From: a virus
Taxonomy: Duplodnaviria > Caudoviricetes
Reading direction: 5' to 3' (one strand)
IMG/VR virus record: IMGVR_UViG_3300033076_000593
Coordinates: 3,719 to 67,718 of that record
Length of the DNA: 64,000 nt
Part shown: positions 36,922 through 46,290 of the stretch, piece after piece
How positions within the stretch are numbered: the first letter of the stretch is position 1
Layout: the number at the start of each line of letters is the position of its first letter
The notes under the pieces: generated by a model
What the model saw: the letters and a program-made list of their open reading frames with translations, nothing else
Told to the model about the DNA's origin: nothing
Database searches by the model: none
Program-made: the position numbers and the translations under genes

Positions 36922-37665
36922 TTATCGTAGTTTTAGTCCTGGAGCTGAGTAGAATGCGTCAAGGATTTCGTCAATTGTATTTCCTTGAGCCATCGCTGCA
37001 TCTGCCATAGACTCGGTATAAATTCTCTCTCTGTTTTGAGCGTTAACTGGATATTTCTGAGGCTCAAATTCTGCAAGCTGCCAGATAATATAGTTACGCA
37101 TTGGCTCAATATAGTAATGAGGGACAAGCGTCTGAGCATTTACGTCAGCACCTGTGCTTAAATACTCAAGAACAATCTTATTGTTCATAACACCACTAGT
37201 GAACTGTATAAAAGTATTAGTAGGATCAATTCTATAATAAGCTTGGTTAAATCCACCACCAGCTGAAAATAGAGCAGGGAAATATCTTCCGTTCCAAGAG
37301 TGGTCCAAGAAGAATACCCCAGTAGTCATGGACGAATTCTCAGCAGCAGTTAAATTATTTGAAAACTCCATTGTAGTTGGAATAGACAAGTTTTCGTCTA
37401 ATCCTAATGTCCACAATCTTCCGCCATAATCAATTGCAATTTTGGTGTATTTCATGTAGTCTGAAGGCAAAGGAACTTGACCTACAGAGTTAATCATAAG
37501 ATGAGCTACTTTCAAACAAGGGAAAGAGGTAGTGCCTCTAACCACTTCGCTCATCCATTCAATTGCAATTTGCTCCAGGCGAGGAATCTCGGCAGTCTGA
37601 CCTTTAACACGGTTTAGAGTAGACTGAATTACATATTCTATATTTTTTACTGGAGTACCTTCCAT
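36922..37665 (-). CDS. tail ring/adaptor protein
   Basis: LPSDYMKYTKI motif; size and synteny. Confidence 0.55.
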   Translation of the reverse strand: MEGTPVKNIEYVIQSTLNRVKGQTAEIPRLEQIAIEWMSEVVRGTTSFPCLKVAHLMINSVGQVPLPSDYMKYTKIAIDYGGRLWTLGLDENLSIPTTMEFSNNLTAAENSSMTTGVFFLDHSWNGRYFPALFSAGGGFNQAYYRIDPTNTFIQFTSGVMNNKIVLEYLSTGADVNAQTLVPHYYIEPMRNYIIWQLAEFEPQKYPVNAQNRERIYTESMADAAMAQGNTIDEILDAFYSAPGLKLR

Positions 37666-38258
37666 TATACTGAGTAATTAGTAGGTCTTGGATTGTTGTC
37701 CTCAACCGAATTGTTAATAACTTCTTCAGGACGTGTGTCTGTTGATCGGATTAATTCAATCACACGAGCAAAAATAGGTCCTATAGCTGTTGGCATTACA
37801 ACCTCATCATCTTCAGAAGAATCTAAGAATGACGGTATGATATAAAATGTAATTGTGTCTGAATACGGTTTGCCAGTCCAGTTAACTTGCTTTCCTCGAA
37901 CGTAAAATTCAGGTCTTGCCATATTCTTAATTGTATTCAAGAATATATTTTGGTCCTCGCTTTGACGGGCAAAATAATTATTGCATGCATCATCAGTAGC
38001 ATATTTTACACTCTTGTTCCCTGCAATAGGAGACACTGGTAAAATACTTGTATACTTTCCGTTAGCACATGTTACAGGTACAATGTAAGGAGTTGTCATA
38101 TTTGTAGTCAACTCATTATCTGAAACAGACGCTTCTTGAAATATAATATCTAAAATAGCAGCTACAGTATTATACTTGTAACGACCTAAAATATCGTTTG
38201 GAACATCACCTGAAGCAAGACGCTCCTGTATTAATTCTATCAGTTGTCTCTTTGTCAT
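37665..38258 (-). CDS. tail ring/adaptor protein
   Basis: Synteny; ends in N..EDN motif. Confidence 0.5.
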   Translation of the reverse strand: MTKRQLIELIQERLASGDVPNDILGRYKYNTVAAILDIIFQEASVSDNELTTNMTTPYIVPVTCANGKYTSILPVSPIAGNKSVKYATDDACNNYFARQSEDQNIFLNTIKNMARPEFYVRGKQVNWTGKPYSDTITFYIIPSFLDSSEDDEVVMPTAIGPIFARVIELIRSTDTRPEEVINNSVEDNNPRPTNYSV

Positions 38259-39004
38259 GGCGTTAATCCTTTTTCAATGTCTATAACCGCAAGTGAGTTG
38301 AGATCCTTAAGGTTAATCATAAAGTATTTCGTCAACTCGTTTACAATATCGTTCAGCACATCGTCTGTGTACTCAAACTCAACACTTATACTATCGTCTC
38401 CAGGAGAGAAGTTTGGGTTACAAGTTAATGTAGCAGAGTTACTGTGAGTAGTCCCAGGAGGTAAGTAGTACGGCATCCCCGTCACTGTAATAATGTCGTA
38501 GTCAAACACGGGTGTGTTTGGATATCTCACATACGTCAAGTTAATTGTAGGTATGCCCTGTGGTCTAACCAAAATCTTTTGGTTTTGGATTGTCGCTACA
38601 GGTCTCGCTAAACTTGGTGAGAATAGGGAGGTCGAAAGCCTGTATGCAAAATCCTTGTTAGAAAGCATCTCAATGTGACGATAAATCTGATTAGATCCAG
38701 TAGTAGTATTTTCATAGTCATAACGACTTGCTCTTCCATATCTTAAATAATCATTAGGAAGAGTGCCATACCCATAAGAATCAAGATTTAAAGGAGTAGA
38801 TCCATTGTCTCCAAGTGTAACTATGAATGGGCGAAGGTTATCTGTAATTTCTTGATTCTCTTCGTATACCTCTAAAAAGTCATTAATCTTATCTATGTTG
38901 ACATACGCAATAGCCTCGTTATAAATATCGGGGGTAATAAGGTTGCCATAAGCATCCTTACCTATCTTGTTGTAAACTTGATTTAGTATGTCGTTAAGAT
39001 TCAT
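38255..39004 (-). CDS. head-tail adaptor/ring protein
   Basis: LPNDYL, LTYVRYPNTP.F, VEFEY.DD motifs. Confidence 0.55.
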   Translation of the reverse strand: MNLNDILNQVYNKIGKDAYGNLITPDIYNEAIAYVNIDKINDFLEVYEENQEITDNLRPFIVTLGDNGSTPLNLDSYGYGTLPNDYLRYGRASRYDYENTTTGSNQIYRHIEMLSNKDFAYRLSTSLFSPSLARPVATIQNQKILVRPQGIPTINLTYVRYPNTPVFDYDIITVTGMPYYLPPGTTHSNSATLTCNPNFSPGDDSISVEFEYTDDVLNDIVNELTKYFMINLKDLNSLAVIDIEKGLTP

Positions 39005-39013
39005 AATCTTCTA

Positions 39014-40318
39014 TTAGTTATAAACTCTAATTTCAATTGGAGAGTAATTTAAAATATTATCTAACAGAGGACCTGTATTTGAAGATGTTAAAGTTAAAGT
39101 ATTGTCGTCTGTTCTAAATAAATTGTAAGGATACCCATTCCCATTAGTTAGCACTGCACTATTATATCCATTTGAAGTGCCATTAGGATATATAGCCAGT
39201 ATGAATGTTTTTGTAAGTGGGAAGGCTCCAGATAAGGTCCCTGTATAGTAACCTGCACTATTTCTAGTCCAAACTATGTTTCCTAAACTATTTTCTAATT
39301 CAATAGCAGTAGGATTATTAGTTCCTGTCTGAGACATTAAAGCTACATATGATTTGTATCCAGACTCGCTGCTCGTGTTATTAACCCATTGAGGAGTAGA
39401 ATCATCTCCGCTACAGCCGCAAGAAGAATCGCAGCTGCAAGAAGAAGTGCCACAACCACAAGAGCAAGAAGACGTAGTACCTGTACCAGAAACAAGCGCA
39501 GTAATTTTTTCAGCGTAGGTCGCTGCTGCAAGAGCATCCCCACACGCTCTTTCAATTTGATATTGAGTGTAGTAAGCATTTGCTAAAGTTAATTCTTGTG
39601 CATAACGAGGAGTAGTAGATCCACCAGCAACATCGTCAGCATATATTTTTGTTATTTTATCTAAAGTATCATTTACGCTACATAGTTGAGCGTTACAAGC
39701 TACGTTATGATTTAATGTTTTTGTTAAAACAGCAACTATTACCAGCCCATCTGTTTGAGTAATTGTTACGTTTGATGTTAAAATCGCTGTCCACATCCCT
39801 GTGGCAAGAGTGTTAACTACAAGAGTTGAAGCTGTTGTTGTTTCAATATAAGGAGCAATTGGAGCAGGACTTAATCCGTTAGGAAAATAAAGTTTTATAC
39901 TCTTGCTTGAAACTGTCCAAGCTCCATAACTTGTAGAGTCGGTTGCTGTAATCTGTCCATTAGGATAAAAATTACAGTCGTTAGTCACATTAAAATCTAG
40001 GCATGTAATGTCTACTCCTGAATAAGTATATACATCTGTCGTCACACCAGAACCCATACCTGCTACTGTGCTGTATTCAAATGTATAAGCACCCTGCAAA
40101 ACATTAGACGAGGTGTCTAAAGGTAGATTATAATATGCTGAAGTTGTAGATGCCGTAATAAAAGCATTTCCAGACGCACTTTTGTCTAAAATTAAATTCC
40201 CGTTAGGATCATATACCTTAGCGTAAATAGTCGCTGTAGGGGAAGTTGTTCCTTGATATTTTTTAGTAGAAACATTAAAACTGAGAGTAGTAGCCATTTT
40301 CTTACGAATTATACACAA
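39014..40318 (-). CDS. virion protein with Cys-rich segment
   Basis: T/S-rich; SCSCGCGTSSCSCDSSCGC; likely start MATTL at about 40297. Confidence 0.6.
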   Translation of the reverse strand: MCIIRKKMATTLSFNVSTKKYQGTTSPTATIYAKVYDPNGNLILDKSASGNAFITASTTSAYYNLPLDTSSNVLQGAYTFEYSTVAGMGSGVTTDVYTYSGVDITCLDFNVTNDCNFYPNGQITATDSTSYGAWTVSSKSIKLYFPNGLSPAPIAPYIETTTASTLVVNTLATGMWTAILTSNVTITQTDGLVIVAVLTKTLNHNVACNAQLCSVNDTLDKITKIYADDVAGGSTTPRYAQELTLANAYYTQYQIERACGDALAAATYAEKITALVSGTGTTSSCSCGCGTSSCSCDSSCGCSGDDSTPQWVNNTSSESGYKSYVALMSQTGTNNPTAIELENSLGNIVWTRNSAGYYTGTLSGAFPLTKTFILAIYPNGTSNGYNSAVLTNGNGYPYNLFRTDDNTLTLTSSNTGPLLDNILNYSPIEIRVYN

Positions 40319-40350
40319 AGATAAAAAAAATAGGGTACAAAACGTACCCC
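40316..40350 (-). terminator. terminator hairpin followed by a TATCTTTG promoter
   Basis: gggtac-loop-gtaccc plus T-tract; promoter box at 40316-40323. Confidence 0.6.
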
Positions 40351-40374
40351 ATTTCAGATTATTTTTATTTTAGT

Positions 40375-41241
40375 TTAGGACATAGCCTTCTGCAATAAAG
40401 CTAGAGCTTTCTTATCCTTAACAAGAAATTCTGCAATTGCCTCTAAATCATCGATTGGAAGTTCCGCAAGAACAACTTCTTTTTCGTCTACTATCACTAC
40501 TGTCTTTTCACCATCAGAGCTAGGCATGATTAAATCTAAATTCCATGCTTGTTGCAACATGTCTGCAATTTTTGAAGTTTCACTTGTAGCAAACATTTCG
40601 TAAAGCTTAATTCTAACTTGCTCAGAAGAGTCCATTACATCATACACTCTAGATAGAATTACGTCCTTAGTACTTTCGTTAGAAATAGATATTCCTAGAG
40701 CTGAACATAGTTCAATAAGTTTTAATTTACTTAATTCTCCAATAGCAGCTTTTGCTTTAGCGTCTTTAAATACTACGCTAGTTTTTTGTTTAGCTTCCTT
40801 CTCAGGCATAGAGAATTTAAAAACTGGGTTTTTGTTATCAGCTAACGAATTTTCAAAACTTGTTCCGAAATTATAACAAAACCAAAGAAGCTCTTTGTGT
40901 TTATCTGGTGTAAATACAAAAGAAGAATCGATAACTAAATTTTTAGGACCAAAAGATTTTCTACCGTCTGCTAAGTATTTTGGAGCAGTATCAGTATATC
41001 TAATCTCTCTTTCAGTTCCAGTCTCATCGTCAATCCAATTGTATACTAACATTATTCCTACTGTTGGTTTTGAAGTAACCCATGGCATCGTTGGATTGTT
41101 AGTTTGTAATTTGATAACCTTATTGTCTACATAAGATATTGAGACAGGTCTTTTTTTTAACATGAATTCAGGGAAAATTGCACGAAGTTGATCTAACTCA
41201 TCTTTACCTAAATTGAATTTTTCATTATCTACGAATAGCAT
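40375..41241 (-). CDS. head-associated hypothetical protein downstream of MCP
   Basis: 288-aa ORF; synteny. Confidence 0.65.
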   Translation of the reverse strand: MLFVDNEKFNLGKDELDQLRAIFPEFMLKKRPVSISYVDNKVIKLQTNNPTMPWVTSKPTVGIMLVYNWIDDETGTEREIRYTDTAPKYLADGRKSFGPKNLVIDSSFVFTPDKHKELLWFCYNFGTSFENSLADNKNPVFKFSMPEKEAKQKTSVVFKDAKAKAAIGELSKLKLIELCSALGISISNESTKDVILSRVYDVMDSSEQVRIKLYEMFATSETSKIADMLQQAWNLDLIMPSSDGEKTVVIVDEKEVVLAELPIDDLEAIAEFLVKDKKALALLQKAMS

Positions 41242-41275
41242 ATTTTTATTTTTTTTATGTGTTTTTTTATTATAA

Positions 41276-41305
41276 ATGCTGGGGGGATGTGACTCCCCCC
41301 AACAT
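41276..41305 (-). terminator. hairpin after major capsid gene
   Basis: gggggga 41281-87 pairs with tcccccc 41294-300. Confidence 0.6.
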
Positions 41306-41325
41306 TTTTGCTTAACCTATAAAGA

Positions 41326-42795
41326 TTATGCGTTAGTAAAACGTCCGAATTGTTCTAAGCAGAAGAAATCGAATCCAAGATCAGAAGACAAGTATAGACG
41401 AGCAACGTCACTTGGTCCAATCTTACGAGCAGAAGCACGACCGTCATCAGTTACCTCCATGAAACGGCTATAGCCATCCATTTCCTTGTAAACCAATTCA
41501 ATACGGTTACGCAATACTCCGTCAGCGTCAGCCATCTTGTTCAATGGAATAGCCCATCCACGGTTACGAATAGCGTTGTTAGCATTTACGTTAGCCAATG
41601 TTTGAGGATCTTGCATGAAACGAGCTTGCTTAATCATAAAGTTGAAACCATCAATTACCAAGCCTTGGTAAGATAAAGTACCACTTAATGAATCAACGCT
41701 ACTCATTTGACCACCATAGAATACGTCAGCAATAGAATCGTTCAATGCATTTACGTTAGCACCTGATCCGAAACCATTTGCATTAGCGTCAGTGTTCAAA
41801 GTAGAGTAGTACTCTTGAGTCAACCACAACAAGAACAAGTTGCTAGCATAACGCTTAGACATAGTTGTTGCCATAGTTCTAAGGTCAGCAATAGTCAAAT
41901 CTGCTCCAGCAACTTGGTTAGCACCACGAGAAGCGATTTGAGGATCAAGACCAGAGAAAGTTTGAGGAACACCAGCTCCAGTGTTAGCTTGACCAAACAT
42001 CATTGATAAAGCAATTTGCTTAATCAAACGATATTCAGCTTCGTCTTGACCTTCGTAGAAGAAACCGTTCATCTTCTTAGTCTTACCTTGACCGTACTCA
42101 ACTTCCATCCACTGTGGGGCGTTAGTTTTTTGAGTTCCAGTTAACTCATAAGTTTCTTTGAAGATTTGAGTTTGCCAGTTGTACTTAGTCCAGAAAGACT
42201 GAGATGAAGTTGGTTGGTCAGTACCTTCAGCCCAAGCAGAACCAATAACACCTAAAGTCATGCTATCTCCAACAGACCATACAGTTGATGGAGCAGTCTT
42301 GTACAAACCGTTGTTTTGAACAGCTTGTAAAGTAACTGTAAATGTATCAGCACCACCTACAGGAGTGTCTCTAACAACATCTGAAATATAAACGATGTTT
42401 GATAAAGCACCACTTACGATCATAGCAACTTGACCTTTTTTAGCATAGATCAAATCAATATAACCAGGTGTAGGTGCAGATCCAGTAGATGAAGCTTCAG
42501 ATGTAACTGTTAAGATAACTTGGTTAGCAGTTGGAGTTGTTGCAGTTTTTACAACACCAGTAATTGGTGAATCGTAGAAACCTTTTTCCCAGTGCCATCC
42601 AGTTGTGTTTTGAACACCACGCTTCATTCCTAATCCCATCAAAAGTTGGAAGTCAGAAAGACCGTTGTCACCATACTTATTTTTCAAAGTACGCAAATAA
42701 TGTGGAACTAAAAGTCCACTTGTGTAAGATGCGTCAAATAAAGACAGCATACTTCCACTTAAGCCAGAACCCGATACGGGACTAAAATCAGCCAT
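41326..42795 (-). CDS. major capsid protein (HK97 fold)
   Basis: GSAWAEGTDQP...NWQTQIFKETYELTGT; follows portal and scaffold. Confidence 0.85.
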   Translation of the reverse strand: MADFSPVSGSGLSGSMLSLFDASYTSGLLVPHYLRTLKNKYGDNGLSDFQLLMGLGMKRGVQNTTGWHWEKGFYDSPITGVVKTATTPTANQVILTVTSEASSTGSAPTPGYIDLIYAKKGQVAMIVSGALSNIVYISDVVRDTPVGGADTFTVTLQAVQNNGLYKTAPSTVWSVGDSMTLGVIGSAWAEGTDQPTSSQSFWTKYNWQTQIFKETYELTGTQKTNAPQWMEVEYGQGKTKKMNGFFYEGQDEAEYRLIKQIALSMMFGQANTGAGVPQTFSGLDPQIASRGANQVAGADLTIADLRTMATTMSKRYASNLFLLWLTQEYYSTLNTDANANGFGSGANVNALNDSIADVFYGGQMSSVDSLSGTLSYQGLVIDGFNFMIKQARFMQDPQTLANVNANNAIRNRGWAIPLNKMADADGVLRNRIELVYKEMDGYSRFMEVTDDGRASARKIGPSDVARLYLSSDLGFDFFCLEQFGRFTNA

Positions 42796-42826
42796 TGTAG
42801 TAAGTTTTTAAAATTTTTATTCTATT

Positions 42827-43924
42827 TTACATTTGCGATTCGAAGTACCTTTGCAGTTGAGATTTTTCAGATTGAGCATCTGGTTTCTCAAGCTTTACCA
42901 CTTCTGAGCCATTGTGAAACTCTTTGAGTGCTGATTCACGGGCCTCCCCTTTTACAGCTGCTATCAAAGACTTGTAAATGCTTTTTGCTTCCAAAGCTTC
43001 TGCACGGTTCCGTACATATGTTTGGATTGCTTTCACATTCTGCTCGTCAGTTGGTAATGGATTTGAAGAAATGATTCCTAGAATTTCTTGTTGAATCTGT
43101 TTCATCGTTTGCTCCGACACCGAAGACTTGATTTTTAAACCATCAACTTCAACTTCTATCTCTCTAATCTTTGTTGCCTCTTCTGCAACAGGCTTCCAAT
43201 CATTAACCAACTTTTCAACACTTTTTTGCTTGGTGTTGAATTGTTCTCGCAAAGATGCAACAAAATCTTTGTTGTCACCAATATTTTGTAATTTTTCTTC
43301 TACGATATTTACATTTTTCCCCAATTTCATTTTCATTGTCTTTGGAGCGTCTTCAAATGTAACGTCAGAGTAGGTATTATTTTCTTCAGCAATAGTTTCA
43401 CAAATCTCTTCAAAAGTCATTGTCTTAAGAAGATCTGGCTCCTGAATAACTTGAGCAAGTGCCATTACCTGAACAGGATTTTGTTTAATCTCTTCGGTAT
43501 TCTTACCAACAAATTTATTAGCCACCTCTAAGTCATTAATACCAGTTCCTTTGATAAAGGAATTTAAGTTCGCTAATTTTTCATTTGCGAAAGGAGATTC
43601 TAATTGTTGCATTAGTGTTTCTTGCTCACGAATAAAAGGCTCAAACTCTTCATATTTTTTTGCCCTTTCCTCAAACATAGAGTACTTCTCTTTCACAGAG
43701 TCAATAGATTCAAAATCACCAAAAATAGATCTTAGATCAGATGCTTTGAATGTTGCGTCATCCATTACTAATGGATCAGCAGCAGGTGCTGGATCATTAG
43801 TTTCTTCACCATTATTAGTAGGATCTGGAGCCTGACCTGGATCAGCAGCAGGTGCTGGATCAGGATTTTGAATACCTAACGCAGCAAAAATGTTAGTTGG
43901 GGTTTGTTCTTCTGGAGTTTCCAT
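42827..43924 (-). CDS. capsid scaffolding protein
   Basis: Acidic, Pro-rich N-terminus and coiled coils; between portal and MCP. Confidence 0.7.
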   Translation of the reverse strand: METPEEQTPTNIFAALGIQNPDPAPAADPGQAPDPTNNGEETNDPAPAADPLVMDDATFKASDLRSIFGDFESIDSVKEKYSMFEERAKKYEEFEPFIREQETLMQQLESPFANEKLANLNSFIKGTGINDLEVANKFVGKNTEEIKQNPVQVMALAQVIQEPDLLKTMTFEEICETIAEENNTYSDVTFEDAPKTMKMKLGKNVNIVEEKLQNIGDNKDFVASLREQFNTKQKSVEKLVNDWKPVAEEATKIREIEVEVDGLKIKSSVSEQTMKQIQQEILGIISSNPLPTDEQNVKAIQTYVRNRAEALEAKSIYKSLIAAVKGEARESALKEFHNGSEVVKLEKPDAQSEKSQLQRYFESQM

Positions 43925-43947
43925 ATGTATTGTTTTGTGTGTTTATT

Positions 43948-46287
43948 TTATTTTTTTCTCATTGAACCTGTAATCTCAGTCCCAGTTTGTTCTTGAAGAT
44001 ATGCCTCTGTTTTAATCTCCTCAATATTACCTTGAGTCTTAGTCATAATTTCAAACTGCTTTTCCTTCATTCTTAATTCAGAAAGAACGGTCTCCTCTTG
44101 AATTTTAGCCTGCATTTTAGCTTGAATAACTTGAAGCTCAGCTTGAAGTTTTTGCTGTTCTAAATCAATTAATGATTGAGATTGAGCTTGTTGTTGTTGA
44201 GCAGCTTGTTCGTCATTATACTTTCTTTTCTTAGCTGACTTATAGTTTAGATACCAAGTAGCTTCTTTGATCCTACCCTTTTCAAGCATATCTAAAATCA
44301 AAGTATAATCCGCAAGTTCAATCTCAGGCATGCCGTTACGTCCAACCTTAAGTGCAGTTTCCGCAGCTTCCATGATTTTAAACTTCTGAGTTTGAGAAAC
44401 TTTGTTTGTTAAAGAAAGACCAAGCTCATCTAATGTAATGTCAGAACCTGTTAATATCGCATCTACAGCAGTTTCTCCAAACACGTTACTGTAATAATCC
44501 CTAGTAGCTTTATCATACTTCATGGTAGTTACTGCTCGAAGAACCATGTTTTCAGCAGCCTTCATTTTTATTTGCTCAAGAGCCTGTTGAAGTGGCCATA
44601 AAGCATTATTAGTAGCCTCAACTTCCATTTCGGCAATACCAACTAGTTTATCTCCTTTTGCTGGAGAAGCTGCCATTGTTGGGGTAATACCAGTGATTTG
44701 TAATAACTTCTCAACATCATGTTGGTAAGCCATGATCCACTCAGATAACTGCTTACCAATACCACCTTCCAATTCTTCAAATGAGCGAGATGTATTTACT
44801 TTACCACCAAGTACAGACGACTTATAAAAGAAGTTACCTGTATGAGAATAAACTTGAACAAGGTCAAATGGTGTAAATAGAGAGCCTGCAATACTATTAA
44901 CATTCAACGCCCCAATATCAATTGCAATACCCTTAGGAGCTGCTGCTAATTTAGCAGCTTGCAACTTAAGGTGATTTATTTGCAAAGAATCGTATACTGG
45001 AATAGCTGTTTCGGTAATAGACTTCCCAGGAACTTTGATGTATCGATAAGAAAGTTGAGGTCTTTGTTTATTTACACGCTTCATATTTCTTTGCTTGCCG
45101 CCAACACAAATATTAGCCCCAGGCAAGAAAAATCCTTCATATATAAAATGACCGTCAATGACTACCGTTTTCTTTTTTTCTGTGTTTACATATTCTCCGA
45201 ACATGTCTTTGTAAAACTGAATAGACTGATCTTTCTGTTTCTTTTTAAAAAACATGCTGTCTTTTGAAATGTATTCAAATTCTAAAACATCTACGAAAAA
45301 GTCATCGTAACGCATACGGTCTGTAATAGTATCTCTCTGAGAATACCAAGACCAACCATATCTATCATTAGCATAAACAGTATCATAGCACCATTTAGCA
45401 ATTTGATTTACAAAACCTTCAATCAACTCCTCTTCGTATCCATTTTGAGCTAACAGTTTACGAACTTGAGGAATACTGTACTTTTCAAAGTGACCTGCAA
45501 ACGGGCTATTATCACCCTGGCTTTCATCAGTCCAAGCGCAAATAAACTTTGTAGCGTCAATGTATTTTATTTTAGAAGCTCCAGAATCTGGATCAGAATA
45601 ATCTTTTACAACTACAAAACCAAAGTTAATCGCATCATCTTTTAACTGACGCTCTATCTTGGTCCAATCACTATTTTTAAATCCAAATTCTGCTAACTTT
45701 TCTAATCCAATTTCAAAGTTTAACTTAAAGCCACCTAAAGTTTCATAAAGCTCTAACTCTGTTATATTTTCTGGAGCAAACTCATTCTCTGCGATTAAAG
45801 ATAACCCTGCTTTTTTCAAAATAGGATCTAACTTGCTCTTAACAAACAGTTTGTATTTTTTTAAAGCTCTCTGATTTCTAATATCAGGATTAATAGAATC
45901 TACTTGAATTCTTTGATTTTCAGTGCCAATAACAGACATAATAATTCTCTTTAGCTCTGGAGCCATAGAGAATATTTTAAAATCAATATTTGAATAACCC
46001 TTTCTTTTACCTCTTGCATTTGCTGCGTTAAAGTTAGCACTAGAATTATTGGTTCCTGTCTTCTCGTCTCCTCTAGTTGCCCACATGTCAATATACTTCT
46101 GTGGGCTTTGATTTCCCTCAGAATAGTTTCTCATTTCCATTAAACGAGACATGTCAGCTCTACTAAAATAAGTTTTATTATTTTCGTATCGGAAGAATAT
46201 GGCACGGCCTACTTGAGATAACCATTTGTTATCTTTCTTCTTTGGATCTATATTATCCTTTGGCCACAATACTGTGTAATCACTCAT
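43948..46287 (-). CDS. portal protein (crAss/P22-like)
   Basis: 779 aa after TerL; Q-rich C-terminal coiled coil. Confidence 0.85.
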   Translation of the reverse strand: MSDYTVLWPKDNIDPKKKDNKWLSQVGRAIFFRYENNKTYFSRADMSRLMEMRNYSEGNQSPQKYIDMWATRGDEKTGTNNSSANFNAANARGKRKGYSNIDFKIFSMAPELKRIIMSVIGTENQRIQVDSINPDIRNQRALKKYKLFVKSKLDPILKKAGLSLIAENEFAPENITELELYETLGGFKLNFEIGLEKLAEFGFKNSDWTKIERQLKDDAINFGFVVVKDYSDPDSGASKIKYIDATKFICAWTDESQGDNSPFAGHFEKYSIPQVRKLLAQNGYEEELIEGFVNQIAKWCYDTVYANDRYGWSWYSQRDTITDRMRYDDFFVDVLEFEYISKDSMFFKKKQKDQSIQFYKDMFGEYVNTEKKKTVVIDGHFIYEGFFLPGANICVGGKQRNMKRVNKQRPQLSYRYIKVPGKSITETAIPVYDSLQINHLKLQAAKLAAAPKGIAIDIGALNVNSIAGSLFTPFDLVQVYSHTGNFFYKSSVLGGKVNTSRSFEELEGGIGKQLSEWIMAYQHDVEKLLQITGITPTMAASPAKGDKLVGIAEMEVEATNNALWPLQQALEQIKMKAAENMVLRAVTTMKYDKATRDYYSNVFGETAVDAILTGSDITLDELGLSLTNKVSQTQKFKIMEAAETALKVGRNGMPEIELADYTLILDMLEKGRIKEATWYLNYKSAKKRKYNDEQAAQQQQAQSQSLIDLEQQKLQAELQVIQAKMQAKIQEETVLSELRMKEKQFEIMTKTQGNIEEIKTEAYLQEQTGTEITGSMRKK

Positions 46288-46290
46288 ATA

